Positions 1 through 11,942 of a DNA stretch of 64,000 nt are shown in pieces. Position numbers and translations under genes: made by a program. Location: positions 92,041 through 156,040 of the forward strand of contig JAYTOU010000057.1 of the NCBI GenBank assembly GCA_043747615.1. Reading direction: 5' to 3'. The first letter of the stretch is position 1. Each line of letters begins with the position of its first letter. The notes under the pieces were generated by a model. That model saw only the letters and a list, made by a program, of their open reading frames with translations. It was not told where the DNA came from and made no database searches. The DNA comes from Myxococcales bacterium (lineage in GTDB: Bacteria > Myxococcota_A > Polyangia > Polyangiales > Polyangiaceae).

Positions 1-717
1 CCCAGTAAAGAAACCGACGTTCAGGTACGGGGATTTCCCACGAATGACCCGCTCCTCGATCAGCTCGTCGGGATCTCCGCGGCGCGCCTCGTGTGTGCCG
101 GCAGCAGCGTGGGATTCGGCATCGTCGTGACGATCCTCGACGTTGAGGATCTTCTTCTGCCGCGCTTCGGGTGATCCCGGATCGATCTCGTGTCCGGCAC
201 CGACGGACTTGACCTCGGCGTGCGGCGCCTCGTGTCCGCTCGCGCTGCCGTGGAACCACGGAAAGAGGTGACCCATGGACAACCACACCGGAACGAAGAG
301 GAGGGCAAAGACGAAGATTCCGCGGCCGAAGAACTCGGACGTGCGGCGGACGGTGACGCTCCAGCCCGCGCTCGTCAGGTGCTGGATCAGCGTGAAGAAG
401 ATCGAGCCGAGGGCGATGGTCAGAAAGAAAAGAAACGCGAAGAGGTACGAGAACGCGAAACGCTTTGCATCCGTGGTGTACCCAAAGACAGCGCCACCGA
501 GCCCAATGACACCCACGATCCCCGCGTATTTCCAGGCGTTCGTGAAGGGGTTGTCGGCTGGCAAGCGATAAGCCGTGCGCGTCGTATCGGCCGTCGTCGG
601 CGGCGCATCCGCCTTGGCGTCCGTCTTCTTGTTCGCGGAAGGGGACGGCTTGCGACCGGTCGTCTCTTTCCTGGCGTCCGCGCCGCCCTTCTCGTCCGTG
701 TCCTTGGGGTCGCTCAT
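1..717 (-). CDS. actF: Alternative complex III subunit F (quinol:cytochrome c oxidoreductase membrane subunit), 5' part only; runs off the window edge
   Basis: Not in the ORF track because no stop codon lies in the window. The ATG at 717 overlaps the actE stop (ATGA). The frame is open to base 1 and reads MSDPKDTDEK...RFAFSYLFAFLFFLTIALGSIFFTLIQHLTSAGWSVTVRRTSE...HLFPW...KSPYLN, typical ActF motifs. It follows actE, as expected. Confidence 0.85.
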   Translation of the reverse strand, partial: MSDPKDTDEKGGADARKETTGRKPSPSANKKTDAKADAPPTTADTTRTAYRLPADNPFTNAWKYAGIVGVIGLGGAVFGYTTDAKRFAFSYLFAFLFFLTIALGSIFFTLIQHLTSAGWSVTVRRTSEFFGRGIFVFALLFVPVWLSMGHLFPWFHGSASGHEAPHAEVKSVGAGHEIDPGSPEARQKKILNVEDRHDDAESHAAAGTHEARRGDPDELIEERVIRGKSPYLNVGFFTG

Positions 718-1328
718 GGCTTCTTCTCCGAGGCGACCTGCGCCTGGCTCAACTCGAGCGCGCGCACGTAACTCACAATCGCCCAGCGATCATTCACTGG
801 GATCTGCGGACCGTAGGCGGGCATGTTGCGAACCCCGTTGGTAATCGTGGCGAAGACCTGACCATCGGGGAGATGACGGATGCGTTCTTCGTGAAGGCTC
901 GGCGGCTTGAGCATGCCGTGCTTCACGATGAGACCGTTGCCATTTCCGGTCTGGTCGTGGCAGGGCGTGCAGTAGATCCCGAAACGATCCTGGCCGCGGT
1001 GGACAAGAGACTCCATTCCGCCGCCCCGCTCGACCGCTTCGTTCGGGACGGTGAGCACGTAGCCGGAGCCATCGTCGAGCAGCCCCTTGGCGATGCGATC
1101 GTCGACCTCGGCTTCACGGGAGACCGCTCCTTCGACGGGCGGACGCATGTCGCGATGATCCTCGAAGAAGGCGCTCTCGCCCTGGGTCTTGTACTTCGGC
1201 TGGTTGTACATGTTGCGGATACCGACGAACGGCGTTTCGCGCGTCGTTTCGCCGCGGCAGCCCGTGAGCAACAAGGTGGCGCCGCTTCCGGCGAGAGCAA
1301 GGCAGATGACGAGGAGAGAATGTTTCAC
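714..1328 (-). CDS. actE: Alternative complex III subunit E, monoheme cytochrome c lipoprotein
   Basis: Lipobox LTGC, MYNQPKY motif, a single CxxCH (CTPCH), GVRNMPAY...DRWAIVSY; lies within the act operon. Confidence 0.9.
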   Translation of the reverse strand: MKHSLLVICLALAGSGATLLLTGCRGETTRETPFVGIRNMYNQPKYKTQGESAFFEDHRDMRPPVEGAVSREAEVDDRIAKGLLDDGSGYVLTVPNEAVERGGGMESLVHRGQDRFGIYCTPCHDQTGNGNGLIVKHGMLKPPSLHEERIRHLPDGQVFATITNGVRNMPAYGPQIPVNDRWAIVSYVRALELSQAQVASEKKP

Positions 1329-2206
1329 GGCGCGTCCTCTTCGACGAGCTCGACATGCTCTGCGTGGGTTTTCTCCAGCAGATCGCGCGTTCGTTCGAGC
1401 TTAAATTTCGGGTCTTCCACTTCGACCGAAACGAAAAATTTGTCGTCCGAGAAACCTCGGAAGCGTTCCGACTCGAAGAGCGGGTGGTTGTGCCGCGGAA
1501 GCTTGTTCATCCCGAGCATGCCGAACACAGCGGTGAGCGCCGAGAAGAGAACAGTGAGCTCGAAGAGGATCGGGACCATCGAGGGGACGGCGCCGGGAGG
1601 CTTGCCTCCGATCACGATGGGGTAGTCGATGCCGTTCATCCAATACATCATCGTGAACCCTAGGGTCGCGCCGGTGAGCCCCATACAGAACACGAGCCAG
1701 CCGAGCTTCGAGTCCGGGAGCCCCATCGCCTTGTCCATTCCGTGAACCGGAAACGGCGTGTGGGTGTCGAACTTGGTGTAGCCGGCGTCACGGAGCCTCT
1801 CGGCCGCGCGCAGGCACGCGCCAGGCGACTTGTATTCCGCAAGTAACAGCGCCGCGCGCCGCTCGGGAGGCGCACCGTTTCTCGACGAATGCGTCGGAGG
1901 CTCGTGATGGCCTTCGTCGTCGATGCCCACCGCTCGCCCCGGGCCTTTGTGTCCGGGTGACTCGCGATCCTCGGGATCGATTTTCTTGAACGTCGCCAAC
2001 GGCGCCTCGTCATCCGAATCTGCAGGCGGAAAAGGCTTGGCGTGAGAATCGATGTCTTCTTTGCCGTGCGGCGTGCTCGCCACCGGATGCCCGAGGTCGG
2101 TTGGCACTTTGTCGGTGCGGGCCTTCACCACCCGATCGACGGCTTCCTTGGCCGCCTCGGAGAGCCCTTCCTTCTTCGTCTTCTTGAGAGAATCGTCGTC
2201 ACTCAT
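1325..2206 (-). CDS. actD: Alternative complex III subunit D (DUF3341) with a long charged N-terminal extension
   Basis: DTHTPFPVHGMD, YPIVIGGKP, FELTVLF and DDKFF motifs; two TM segments; sits between actC and actE. Confidence 0.9.
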   Translation of the reverse strand: MSDDDSLKKTKKEGLSEAAKEAVDRVVKARTDKVPTDLGHPVASTPHGKEDIDSHAKPFPPADSDDEAPLATFKKIDPEDRESPGHKGPGRAVGIDDEGHHEPPTHSSRNGAPPERRAALLLAEYKSPGACLRAAERLRDAGYTKFDTHTPFPVHGMDKAMGLPDSKLGWLVFCMGLTGATLGFTMMYWMNGIDYPIVIGGKPPGAVPSMVPILFELTVLFSALTAVFGMLGMNKLPRHNHPLFESERFRGFSDDKFFVSVEVEDPKFKLERTRDLLEKTHAEHVELVEEDAP

Positions 2207-2209
2207 GAC

Positions 2210-3645
<1,436 letters not shown>

Positions 3646-3649
<4 letters not shown>

Positions 3650-6600
3650 GCCATCTCCTTGTTCGGATTTCGGATCTTCCCGAGATAGGTCGTCCGAGGG
3701 TGGGTGCCGATGTCAGCGAGGAGCGCGTAGTTGCGATCGCGCGCGGCGAGGTCGGTGACCCGCGCCGACGGATCGTTGAGATCGCCGAAGACGATCGCGT
3801 TCGCGGGGCACGCTTGCGCGCACGCAGGCGTGATGTCTCCGTCCTTGAGGGGCTTGCCGGTTCGCTTGGAGCCGATCTTCCCCTCTTGAATGCGCTGCAC
3901 GCAATAGGTGCATTTCTCCATGACGCCGCGCATGCGGACGGTGACGTTCGGGTTGAACTGCATCTTCACCGTTTCCGGCAAATCGCCGTACATCGGGTCT
4001 CCCTGGTACTCGAGGAAGTTGAAGCGCCGGACCTTGTACGGGCAGTTGTTCGCGCAGTAGCGGGTGCCGATGCAACGGTTGTAGGCCATGTCGTTCAGCC
4101 CCTCGGGGCTGTGGGCCGTCGCGTTGACGGGGCAGACATTTTCGCACGGTGCGTCTTCGCACTGCACGCAGGCCACCGGCTGGAGAGCCACTTCCGGATC
4201 GGCGATGTCATCACCGAGGAAGTAGCGATCGATGCGGATCCAGTGCATCTCGCGACCGCGCTCGACCTGATCTTTACCGACCGTGGGAATGTTGTTCTCG
4301 GCCTGGCAGGCAATGACGCAGGCGTTGCAGCCGGTGCACGAGCTGAGATCGATGTTCATCCCCCACTTGTGCCCCTTGCTGTAATCGACGGGCTTCCACA
4401 GCGGGAGGACCTTGGGGTTCGGGCTGCGGAACTGCGGGAAGTTCGGCGTTGCCTTGTATTGATCGAGGGTCGCGTCGATGGCGATGGGGCGGCCTTCCAT
4501 CGAGTGGTGATCCTGGGTCTGCGAGAGCTGGTACTTGCCGCCGGTCTTCTTCACGACGACGCCGTCGGTGAAGTCCATGGCGTCGAGGCTGCGCAGCGGG
4601 TTCACGTTGAAGCCGTGGTTCGTTCCGTAGCGACCGGCGCTGCTTCGGCCCCAGCCGAGGTAAACGGAGATCGACCCGTCGGCCTGACCAGGCTGAATCC
4701 ACGCGGCGATCTCGATACGCGCACCTTCGCGCGAGAGCTCGATCATGTCCCCGCTTTCGATGCCCAGCTCTTTTGCCGTGGTCGCAGAGATGTGCGCGGC
4801 GTTGTCCCAGACGATCTTGGTCATGGGATCGGGGAGCTCTTGCAGCCACGGATTGTTGGCGTGACGGCCGTCGAGCATCTTTGGATCGGCGAGGAAGACG
4901 ACCTCGACGTTCGCGCCCGAGATAGGTTTCTTCGGCGCCTGAACCTTGGAAAGCTCGGCCGCGATCTCGGTGCCCTTGACCTCCGAAGGGGTGAACGCGA
5001 AGGACGCGCTCCCGACGATCAGCCCTTTTTGCAGGGCCGTTCGCCACTGCTTGTCGAAGCCGGTCGTTGCAGTCGATGCCGCGCGCAGCGTGTCGCGCGT
5101 GTGGTCGTGGCCGCTCTTGGGCTTGGCATTGCTGGCGTCTGAAGCTCCGGGCTGCGGGCCGATCATACGACCGAGCATCTCGAGATCGCTCACCCCGCCA
5201 TGGAGCGGCGCGATCATCGGCTGCTGGAGAGTCCACGTTCCGTCGAGGGAGCGCTGATCGCCCCAGGCCTCGAATTCGTGGGCGCGCGGCAGGTGCCACG
5301 TGCATTTTGCGGAGGTCTCGTCGAGGTGACTGGCGAGGTGAATGCTGGTTGCGACCTTGCCGAGACGGTCGGCGAATTTCGCATCCCACGGCGCGTCGTA
5401 TGCGGGATTTCCACCGAGGATGAGGAGCGTCTCGACCTTGCCCGCTTCCATGTCCATGCCGAGCGTGCGCACGTCCGCGGCGTGATCTTGCTCGAGGAGA
5501 TCGACCACCGGTGTGTAGTTGACGACCTCTCCCACGCTTCCGAGCGCGGCGTTGAGAGCGTGAACGAGGGCGTGAACGGCGGCCGGCTGACGCGATCCGG
5601 CGACGACGATCGCTCGTCCCTGGTTGTCCGCGAGCTCCTTGGCCACGGCCTTGATCCAATGCTCGGGGATCCCGTCCATGGGATGCGTCCCGAGGCTCGC
5701 GGTGACCGGACCAAGATTGAGGCGGAATGTTGTGGCGAGCTCTTTTGCAAGGAGACGCGCGTAGCGCTCGACGTCGCGCGAGGGGAGGCGCAGGCGATGA
5801 TCCGCGTTTGCCCCCGTCGTCGAGTGGGTGGACTCGACGACGTAGAGACGACTCATGCTCTCTTCGCCGGAGCGAATTCGCCGGCCGTCCGCGAAGAGAC
5901 GCGTGGCCCGCACCATGCCCGGCTCGGTCTGCAAGAAATCGGCGTCGAGGGAGACGATGACCCGCGCGTGCGCATAGTCGTAGAGCGCGTTGACAGGCTG
6001 ACCGAACGCGAGCCGCGCCCCTTCGCGCATGTTGCTCTCGCCTACGCTCGCGTACGTGTGGAAGCGGCAGTGCGGAAAGCGCGCGCGCACCGCATCCCGG
6101 AGTCGCACGAAGGTAGGGGAGTTCGTGGGCTGCGCCAAAACCCGCAGTTTTGCGCCGCGATCAGCGTCGTGCTCCTTCAGCTTCTTGTCGAAGAACTCGC
6201 CGAACTCTTCATGCGTGGCCTTGGCGGCCCCATGCATCGGCGTGGTCGAGCGGTCCGGATCGTACAGGTCGAAAATCGAGGCCTGGGCGAGAGCGTCGGT
6301 GCTGCCACGGCTCGAGGGATGATCCGGGTTGCCTTCGACCTTGGTCGGACGACCGTCGTGGCTCTCGACGAGAACGCCGAGAGCGTCGCCGCGGCGGTAG
6401 ATGGCCGTGGCGTAGTGATTCGAGATGCCGGGGATCACCTGCTCGGGCGCGCGGGTGTAGGGGACGAGCTTCTCGACCGGGCGACGAAGGCACCCTTCAA
6501 GACCGAAGAGCGCGGTCACCGCGGTGCCGAACTTCATGAGCCCGCGTCGACTGACGTTGGCACCGAGACCTGCGTCGCCCGTGATGAGCGCGGCGAGAGA

Positions 6601-6777
6601 CTCGGGCGCCTCCTCCTTCATCATCTGCAGCGGACGATCGAGCGGGAATTCAGCGGTTTTGGCGTTCTTCAAGCCATCGACCGAAGCCCGCTCCTCGATG
6701 CTCTTCCAAAACAGCTTTGAGCCGGAGCTGCCTGCGTGGCCGGCTTCGGATTCAACATTCGGGTCGCGTCGACTCAT
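3646..6777 (-). CDS. actB: Alternative complex III subunit B (molybdopterin-oxidoreductase-like domain plus Fe-S domain)
   Basis: Start taken at the ATG at 6777, which overlaps the actA stop. Tat-like [36 protein letters not shown], and Fe-S motifs [41 protein letters not shown]...CAQACP. Confidence 0.93.
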
Positions 6778-7403
6778 CGGTGACACCCTGAGCAGTTCTG
6801 GGGAGGATTCACGCTCGGCGGCTTCCAGCCCGCGGGGGCCATTTCCGGCTTCCAATCCGCGTTCGTGATTTGATCTTTGGGACGGAGGTTGGGCGTCGGA
6901 TCGCGGTGGCACTCGAGGCACCAACCCATGCCGATCGGCTTGTCGAGGCGCACGACCTCCATCTGATCGATGCGTCCGTGGCACGTCACGCAGCCAACGC
7001 CGGCGCTGAGGTGCGGGGTGTGATCGAAGTAGCTGTGCTCGGGCAGCTTGTGGACCCTGACCCACTCCATGGGTGCGTTCGTCTTCCAGCTGGCGCGAAT
7101 GGGGGCGAGACGCGCCGACTCGGTCTTCACGAGCGAGTGACATCCCATGCAGGTCTGCGTCGCCGGGACCATCGCGTGCGCCGCGCGCTCGACGTTGGCG
7201 TGGCAATAGCGGCAGTCGATCCCCAGTTGCCCGGCGTGCAGCTTGTGGCTGTAGGCGACGGGCTGAATGGGTGCGTAGCCGACCTGGAGGTTCTTCGGCG
7301 ACGCATAGTACCAAATGGCGAGCACCACGCTGATGATCGCGACGTTGACGCCGATGGCGGCGACGAGTGGGAGCTTGTTGAGCGACCGGGGGAATAGCTG
7401 CAT
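6774..7403 (-). CDS. actA: Alternative complex III subunit A, pentaheme cytochrome c
   Basis: N-terminal TM, GYAPIQPVAYSHKLHAG, and five CxxCH motifs (CRYCH, CMGCH, CVTCH, CLECH, CSGCH). Confidence 0.95.
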   Translation of the reverse strand: MQLFPRSLNKLPLVAAIGVNVAIISVVLAIWYYASPKNLQVGYAPIQPVAYSHKLHAGQLGIDCRYCHANVERAAHAMVPATQTCMGCHSLVKTESARLAPIRASWKTNAPMEWVRVHKLPEHSYFDHTPHLSAGVGCVTCHGRIDQMEVVRLDKPIGMGWCLECHRDPTPNLRPKDQITNADWKPEMAPAGWKPPSVNPPQNCSGCHR

Positions 7404-7574
7404 CGGAGCCTGGGTGGCGGCTAAACGCGTCTTGCCGCAAAGGGGTGACGAGGTGCGCGCCTAGTTCTGCCGTTCCGGGTCCTTATAGGGGACGGAACCA
7501 TCAACACACAACCCTTTGCTTACGGAGAAGCACCTCCGCGCAATTCTTTCGTTTTTTCGGGTTGGGAAGATCGC

Positions 7575-8474
7575 CTAGACGAGGGGGGTGGAGTCGATCA
7601 TCAAGGCACTGAAAAGTACGACCAAGTAGACGATTGACGCGGCGAAGAAGCTCCGCGCCCAGCTTCGGCCCGCCTCCTGACGGAAGCCCATACAGGCCCA
7701 CCCAAAGAAGATCGAGCCAAGGACGAAGGCGGTGATCAGGTAGCCGCGGCCGGCGATTCCCAAAGGAAAGATGATGAGTGTGGAGACGACGAGGGCGAAG
7801 GTGTAGCGGACGATGACCCGCTTCGTAGCCTCGTCGCCGAAGACGTTGGGCGTCACGAAGAGCCCCGCCCTGGCGTAGTCGGCCTTGCGAAAGAGCGCGA
7901 TGGCCAGGAAGTGCGGGACCTGCCAGATGAAAAGAATGACGAAGAGCGCGATCCCGCCCCAATCGACGCGCCCCGTTGCGGCCGTCCACCCCATAAGCGG
8001 AGGGATGGCGCCGGGGACCGCACCGACGAGGAGCGCCGTATGCGAGCGCTGCTTCATCGGCGTGTAGGCAAGGACGTAGCTGAGGTTGGCGAGCACTGCG
8101 AGGAGCGCGGTCACCGCGTTGACGCCGATGGCGAGGATGGGAACGGAGAGGACGGAGATGCCGACGCCAAAGACGAGGGCTGTGCGCGGGGCCATGCGAC
8201 CCGTTGGAAGTGGCCTGTTTTTGGTGCGATCCATCTTTCCGTCGATGTCGCGCTCCATGTACATGTTGAGCGCGTTTGCGCCTGACACGATGAGGAGCGA
8301 GCCGAGCATCGTCATCGCGAACGCGAGGCGCGTGATGTGCACCGGCGCAAGCCAGACCCCGCCGGCGGTCGTGGTGAGAACCACCGCAGTGATGCGCGGC
8401 TTCGTGAGCGCGATCAGATCGGAGATGGATGCTGCGCGAACGTGTTTTTCGAGGTCCGACGTTAGCTCGGTCAC
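7575..8474 (-). CDS. ctaB: Protoheme IX farnesyltransferase (heme O synthase)
   Basis: ALTKPRI, NMYMERDIDGKMDRTKNRPLP, YTPMK, GAVPGAIPPLMGW, WQVPHF...DYARAG. The GTG start at 8474 is inferred; the upstream part of the 510-aa ORF overlaps the regulator in another frame. Confidence 0.92.
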   Translation of the reverse strand: MTELTSDLEKHVRAASISDLIALTKPRITAVVLTTTAGGVWLAPVHITRLAFAMTMLGSLLIVSGANALNMYMERDIDGKMDRTKNRPLPTGRMAPRTALVFGVGISVLSVPILAIGVNAVTALLAVLANLSYVLAYTPMKQRSHTALLVGAVPGAIPPLMGWTAATGRVDWGGIALFVILFIWQVPHFLAIALFRKADYARAGLFVTPNVFGDEATKRVIVRYTFALVVSTLIIFPLGIAGRGYLITAFVLGSIFFGWACMGFRQEAGRSWARSFFAASIVYLVVLFSALMIDSTPLV

Positions 8475-8680
8475 GGTAGCGCGTATAAGGAAACCGCGCC
8501 GGGCCGTCAAGCGCGGGCCAGCAGCGGGAGCGAAACCGTGAAGCGGCTTCCATTTGCGTCGCCGCTCCTCGACGCCCGGCTCGCCTCGCCGTGATCTGCG
8601 TCTGGCGCTGCGCGGCCCGCACTCTGCCGGCCGCGGGTCGACGCCGACTTGCCACTCCGATGCCCATGGAGATCGGTTGG

Positions 8681-9191
8681 TTAGAGGCCGTCCGTGGAGA
8701 GTAACCCTCGCATCGCGGCAAAGCGAACTAGTGCCTCGGTCGAGTGGACGCCGAGCTTGCGATTGATGCGGGCGCGGTGAGTCTCGACCGTCTTCACGCT
8801 GATCGTGAGCTCGCGCGCGGCACTCTCGTTGGTAAAGCCGCGCACGACGAGATCGAACACTTCCCGCTCTCGCGCCGAAAGCTCTTTCAGCGGGCTCGCC
8901 CTCGCGTCCTCGCCGCGGCGATGACGTTCGAGGACCGCCTTCGGAATCTTGGGCGCAAGGTAGTGCTCGCCGCTGGCCACGACGCGAATGGCGGTGACGA
9001 TCTCTTCTGCGAGCTGATCCTTCAATGCGTATCCGAGCGCGCCAGCCGCGAGCGCTTCCATGACGTTCTCGTCTGTGCCGTGGATGCTGAGCATCATCAT
9101 CTTGCATTGAGGATCACGGCGCCGGAGCTCCGGCGCGCAGGCCGTCTCTAAAGATCTGATGGTCGTCGAGTAACGCAATTCGCAAACGCAC
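8681..9191 (-). pseudogene. NarL/LuxR-family response regulator with an internal deletion and frameshift in the receiver domain
   Basis: One frame from GTG 9191 reads VRLRIALLDDHQIFRDGLRA and stops shortly after. A second frame resumes at about 9130 with ELRRRDPQCKMMMLS...GALGYALK...LSAREREVF...ISVKTVETHRARINRKL. The segment carrying the phosphoacceptor Asp is missing. Confidence 0.75.
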
Positions 9192-9226
9192 AGATGCAGC
9201 CCAGCTCAAAGATAGTCTCCTCGAGG

Positions 9227-11206
9227 TCAGTTGAGGACGAAGTTATTCAGCCCCGCGACGATGACTCCGAGGATGCTCTCACCGGCGATCACCCCGGAGG
9301 CGATCGGGATGACGAAGCGATCGGCCGTCTTCTTGTCGAGCTTCGAGACGACGTAGGCAATGAATGCCCCAAGGAAGAGCGAGAGAGGGAAGACGAAGGG
9401 GAGCATCAGCCCGAAGCCGATGCCAGTTGGGGAGGGGAGCCACTCCTTCTTTTTAGGAAAGATAAGCTCGAGCGTCGCAAGGATCGCTCCGACGACGAGA
9501 CCGCAGACGATCCCTTGCTGGGCCATCGGGTGGAGATTCTGGATACCGAGCTTGAAGACCTGGGCCACGGCTTTCCATTGCTGGGCCGACGGCGCGGGAA
9601 ATTTCGGGTCCGCTCCGTCGATGCCCGTGAGCGCGGTGGCGTTCGGAACCAGCAGAAAATAGCCAATGCAGCTGGCGATCGTCCCCGTAAGCACGCCCAT
9701 AGCTTGCGCCAAAAACTGCCGGCGCGGATTCGCTCCGAGGAGATAGCCGCTCTTCAGATCGTTCAACAGATCCGCGCTCGCGAGCGAAGACCCTGAGGTG
9801 ATCCCGGCGGTCATCAGGTTGGCCGTCGTGCTCTGCGGAATGAGCACGCCGTACGTGAGCTGCATGATCTTGCCCATGGCGCTGCCAGGCGTGATGTCGG
9901 TTTCGCCCGTCGCGCGGCACGCCACGAGGCCGAGAATGAACGTCAGGACGACGGCGAGCGCGCCGTAGTGCGGCGGGACCTCGAAGTACCTCCACGCGAG
10001 GAGCACGATGGCCGTACCCGCGAGCCCGGTGCCCACGAAGAACCAGCTCATGGGCGGCTCGGTCTCCGTCACGAGCGGGTCTGCATCCTTCTGCCCTCTG
10101 CCCATTCCGGCGAAGGCACGGACGATCGTGCGCCACTGAAAAGCGAACGACAGGAGGCCCGACGAGACCATGATCGGCGCGCCGAACCAGATGCCGATCT
10201 CTTTCCACGTCGACCCCGGCTTCGTCGCAGCGGTGATGACCGCGCCTGCGGGGCTATGCCAGGAAGTCTCCATCGCTAACGGACCGAGAAAATAAGCCAA
10301 AAAGAGCCCCGCGCCGACCATGCTGATCGTGACCCGCAGGCCGACGATCGCCCCAGCCCCGACGAGCACCACGCTGTGATCGAGCTTCACCGTGAAGTCG
10401 GAGAGCTTGTAGATTTTTCCCGCGGCGTGAATTCCCGGCAGCCAGTCGAAGACGTTGCTCGCTCCGGGGAGGAGCGTGTCGCGCGTCATCTTGCCGAGAG
10501 CGCCCGCGTGCTTGACGATGTTGAGATCCTTCAAAAGCGGCACCAGCATTCCCAAGGCGGCCCCCGCCATCAGTGCGCGCCCCTTCTCGAGGGCATCTTT
10601 TCCTGAGCTGTAGAGTCCTTGGAGCGTGACGGCGGCGGCAGTTCCCGAGGGGAATTTGAGCCTCTCCTGGTTGATCATGTTCCGCTTCATCGGGATGGCG
10701 AGACACACCCCGAGGACGGCGAGAAGGAACACCCAGGGGACGATGACCGCCATCGGGATCGGCACGCCGTTCGGCGTATTTGGTCCCACCGACAAGAGGA
10801 GCATCGCTGGGATGGCGCTCACCAGCGTGTTGCCCGTGGCGTAACCGGCGGAAGACGCGGTCGACGTCGTGCAGTTCGTCTCGAGGATCGTCATCGGCGT
10901 CTTCACGATCCCGGCCTTGTGCAAAGCCGTCGAAATCGTGAACGTGAGAATGCACGCCGTGAGATTCACCCCCAAAAACCAGCCTGTTTTGAGGCCGATG
11001 TAGATGTTCGTGAACGAGAGGAAGAAGCCAAGGACGGTTCCCATCACGACGGCGCGCAGCGTGAGCTGAGGGACGTCGACGCCGCGGTAGGCCCGCGCGT
11101 ACCACTCTTTCTCGTCGAACGAGAGGACAGTCTCCGGAGGGATTGCGAGCGGCTTGGCGCGCTCCAACTCTTCGGGAGTGACGGGCGCCTTCTGAAAAAA
11201 CGGCAT
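9227..11206 (-). CDS. OPT-family oligopeptide transporter
   Basis: PQLTLRA, NIYIGLKTG, ILETN, LKFPSGTAAA, GETDITP, DLKSGYLLGANPRRQ, FPAPSA, SGVIAGES; many TM helices. Start at the ATG at 11206. Confidence 0.92.
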   Translation of the reverse strand: MPFFQKAPVTPEELERAKPLAIPPETVLSFDEKEWYARAYRGVDVPQLTLRAVVMGTVLGFFLSFTNIYIGLKTGWFLGVNLTACILTFTISTALHKAGIVKTPMTILETNCTTSTASSAGYATGNTLVSAIPAMLLLSVGPNTPNGVPIPMAVIVPWVFLLAVLGVCLAIPMKRNMINQERLKFPSGTAAAVTLQGLYSSGKDALEKGRALMAGAALGMLVPLLKDLNIVKHAGALGKMTRDTLLPGASNVFDWLPGIHAAGKIYKLSDFTVKLDHSVVLVGAGAIVGLRVTISMVGAGLFLAYFLGPLAMETSWHSPAGAVITAATKPGSTWKEIGIWFGAPIMVSSGLLSFAFQWRTIVRAFAGMGRGQKDADPLVTETEPPMSWFFVGTGLAGTAIVLLAWRYFEVPPHYGALAVVLTFILGLVACRATGETDITPGSAMGKIMQLTYGVLIPQSTTANLMTAGITSGSSLASADLLNDLKSGYLLGANPRRQFLAQAMGVLTGTIASCIGYFLLVPNATALTGIDGADPKFPAPSAQQWKAVAQVFKLGIQNLHPMAQQGIVCGLVVGAILATLELIFPKKKEWLPSPTGIGFGLMLPFVFPLSLFLGAFIAYVVSKLDKKTADRFVIPIASGVIAGESILGVIVAGLNNFVLN

Positions 11207-11216
11207 GCGCGCGAGC

Positions 11217-11888
11217 CTAACCGACCGCGGCCCACAAGGCATCGCCCTCGAGAATCGCCCCGTGTTGCGGGTTGCGGAGGACGCTCAGAAAAGCGCCACA
11301 CAGCACACGGATCGGAATGGGGCGCATCCGGTTCGCCCAGCCAGAGAGGCCGGGGATCGCGCCCACCATGCCAAAAAAAGCGCCCGTCCCGGGAGGAGCT
11401 TTGCGGCTGCCGTGCGTCGCCTCGGGGGCGTCCACGGGGCTCACCAGGATCGACGGGCGAAAGATCGTCCACGCGAGACCGCTCGTTTCCACGATCGTCT
11501 CGCACTCGCGTTTCATCTTCAGGTAGGAGCCCATTCCGCCCGCGCCGACCGAGCTGAGAAGAAGGAAGCGCGGGACGCCCGCCGCTTTTGCGCTCCTCGA
11601 GAGCTGGCGCGTAGTTCCGACGTCGCTCGATTCGTAGGTGTCGCCTGAGGCAAATCGTTTTTGCATCGTGCCGATCAGGGAGAGCACGGCGTCGCATCCT
11701 TTGAGCGCGCGCTCGAGCTCGGCGGCATTTCCGAGATCGAAAATCTCTGCCCGCGGATCCTTGCTCAGCGGCGTTTTCGCAGCCGAGCTAGGGCGAACGT
11801 GAAGACGGAGGTCCATCCCCGCAGCCGTCGCCAACGGGACGAACACTTGCCCCGTGGCCCCGGTTGCCCCCGCAACGAACACTCTCAT
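11217..11888 (-). CDS. NAD(P)-binding Rossmann-fold protein (atypical SDR)
   Basis: MRVFVAGATGATG, LLSSVGA, YLKMK (YxxxK), WTIFRPS. Start at the ATG at 11888. Confidence 0.85.
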   Translation of the reverse strand: MRVFVAGATGATGQVFVPLATAAGMDLRLHVRPSSAAKTPLSKDPRAEIFDLGNAAELERALKGCDAVLSLIGTMQKRFASGDTYESSDVGTTRQLSRSAKAAGVPRFLLLSSVGAGGMGSYLKMKRECETIVETSGLAWTIFRPSILVSPVDAPEATHGSRKAPPGTGAFFGMVGAIPGLSGWANRMRPIPIRVLCGAFLSVLRNPQHGAILEGDALWAAVG

Positions 11889-11942
11889 TTGGGGACTATA
11901 CGGGAAGCTCCCGCCGGCAGGTCTTTCCGATAAAGTCTCCCG

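Noticed and set aside
3700..6720. Long antisense ORFs (480 and 506 aa), and similar ones opposite the OPT, NtrC, DUF362 and AI-2E genes
   Set aside because: These are the shadow ORFs expected opposite GC3-rich genes; they show no motifs.
6778..7440. N-terminal ~220 aa of the 1264-aa ORF, suggesting a giant ActB or an ActA-ActB fusion
   Set aside because: It is an alternative frame over actA with Arg-rich, non-protein-like composition. ActB starts at 6777, overlapping the actA stop.
8475..9107. N-terminal extension of the 510-aa ctaB ORF
   Set aside because: It overlaps the response regulator in another frame; ctaB similarity begins near 8474.
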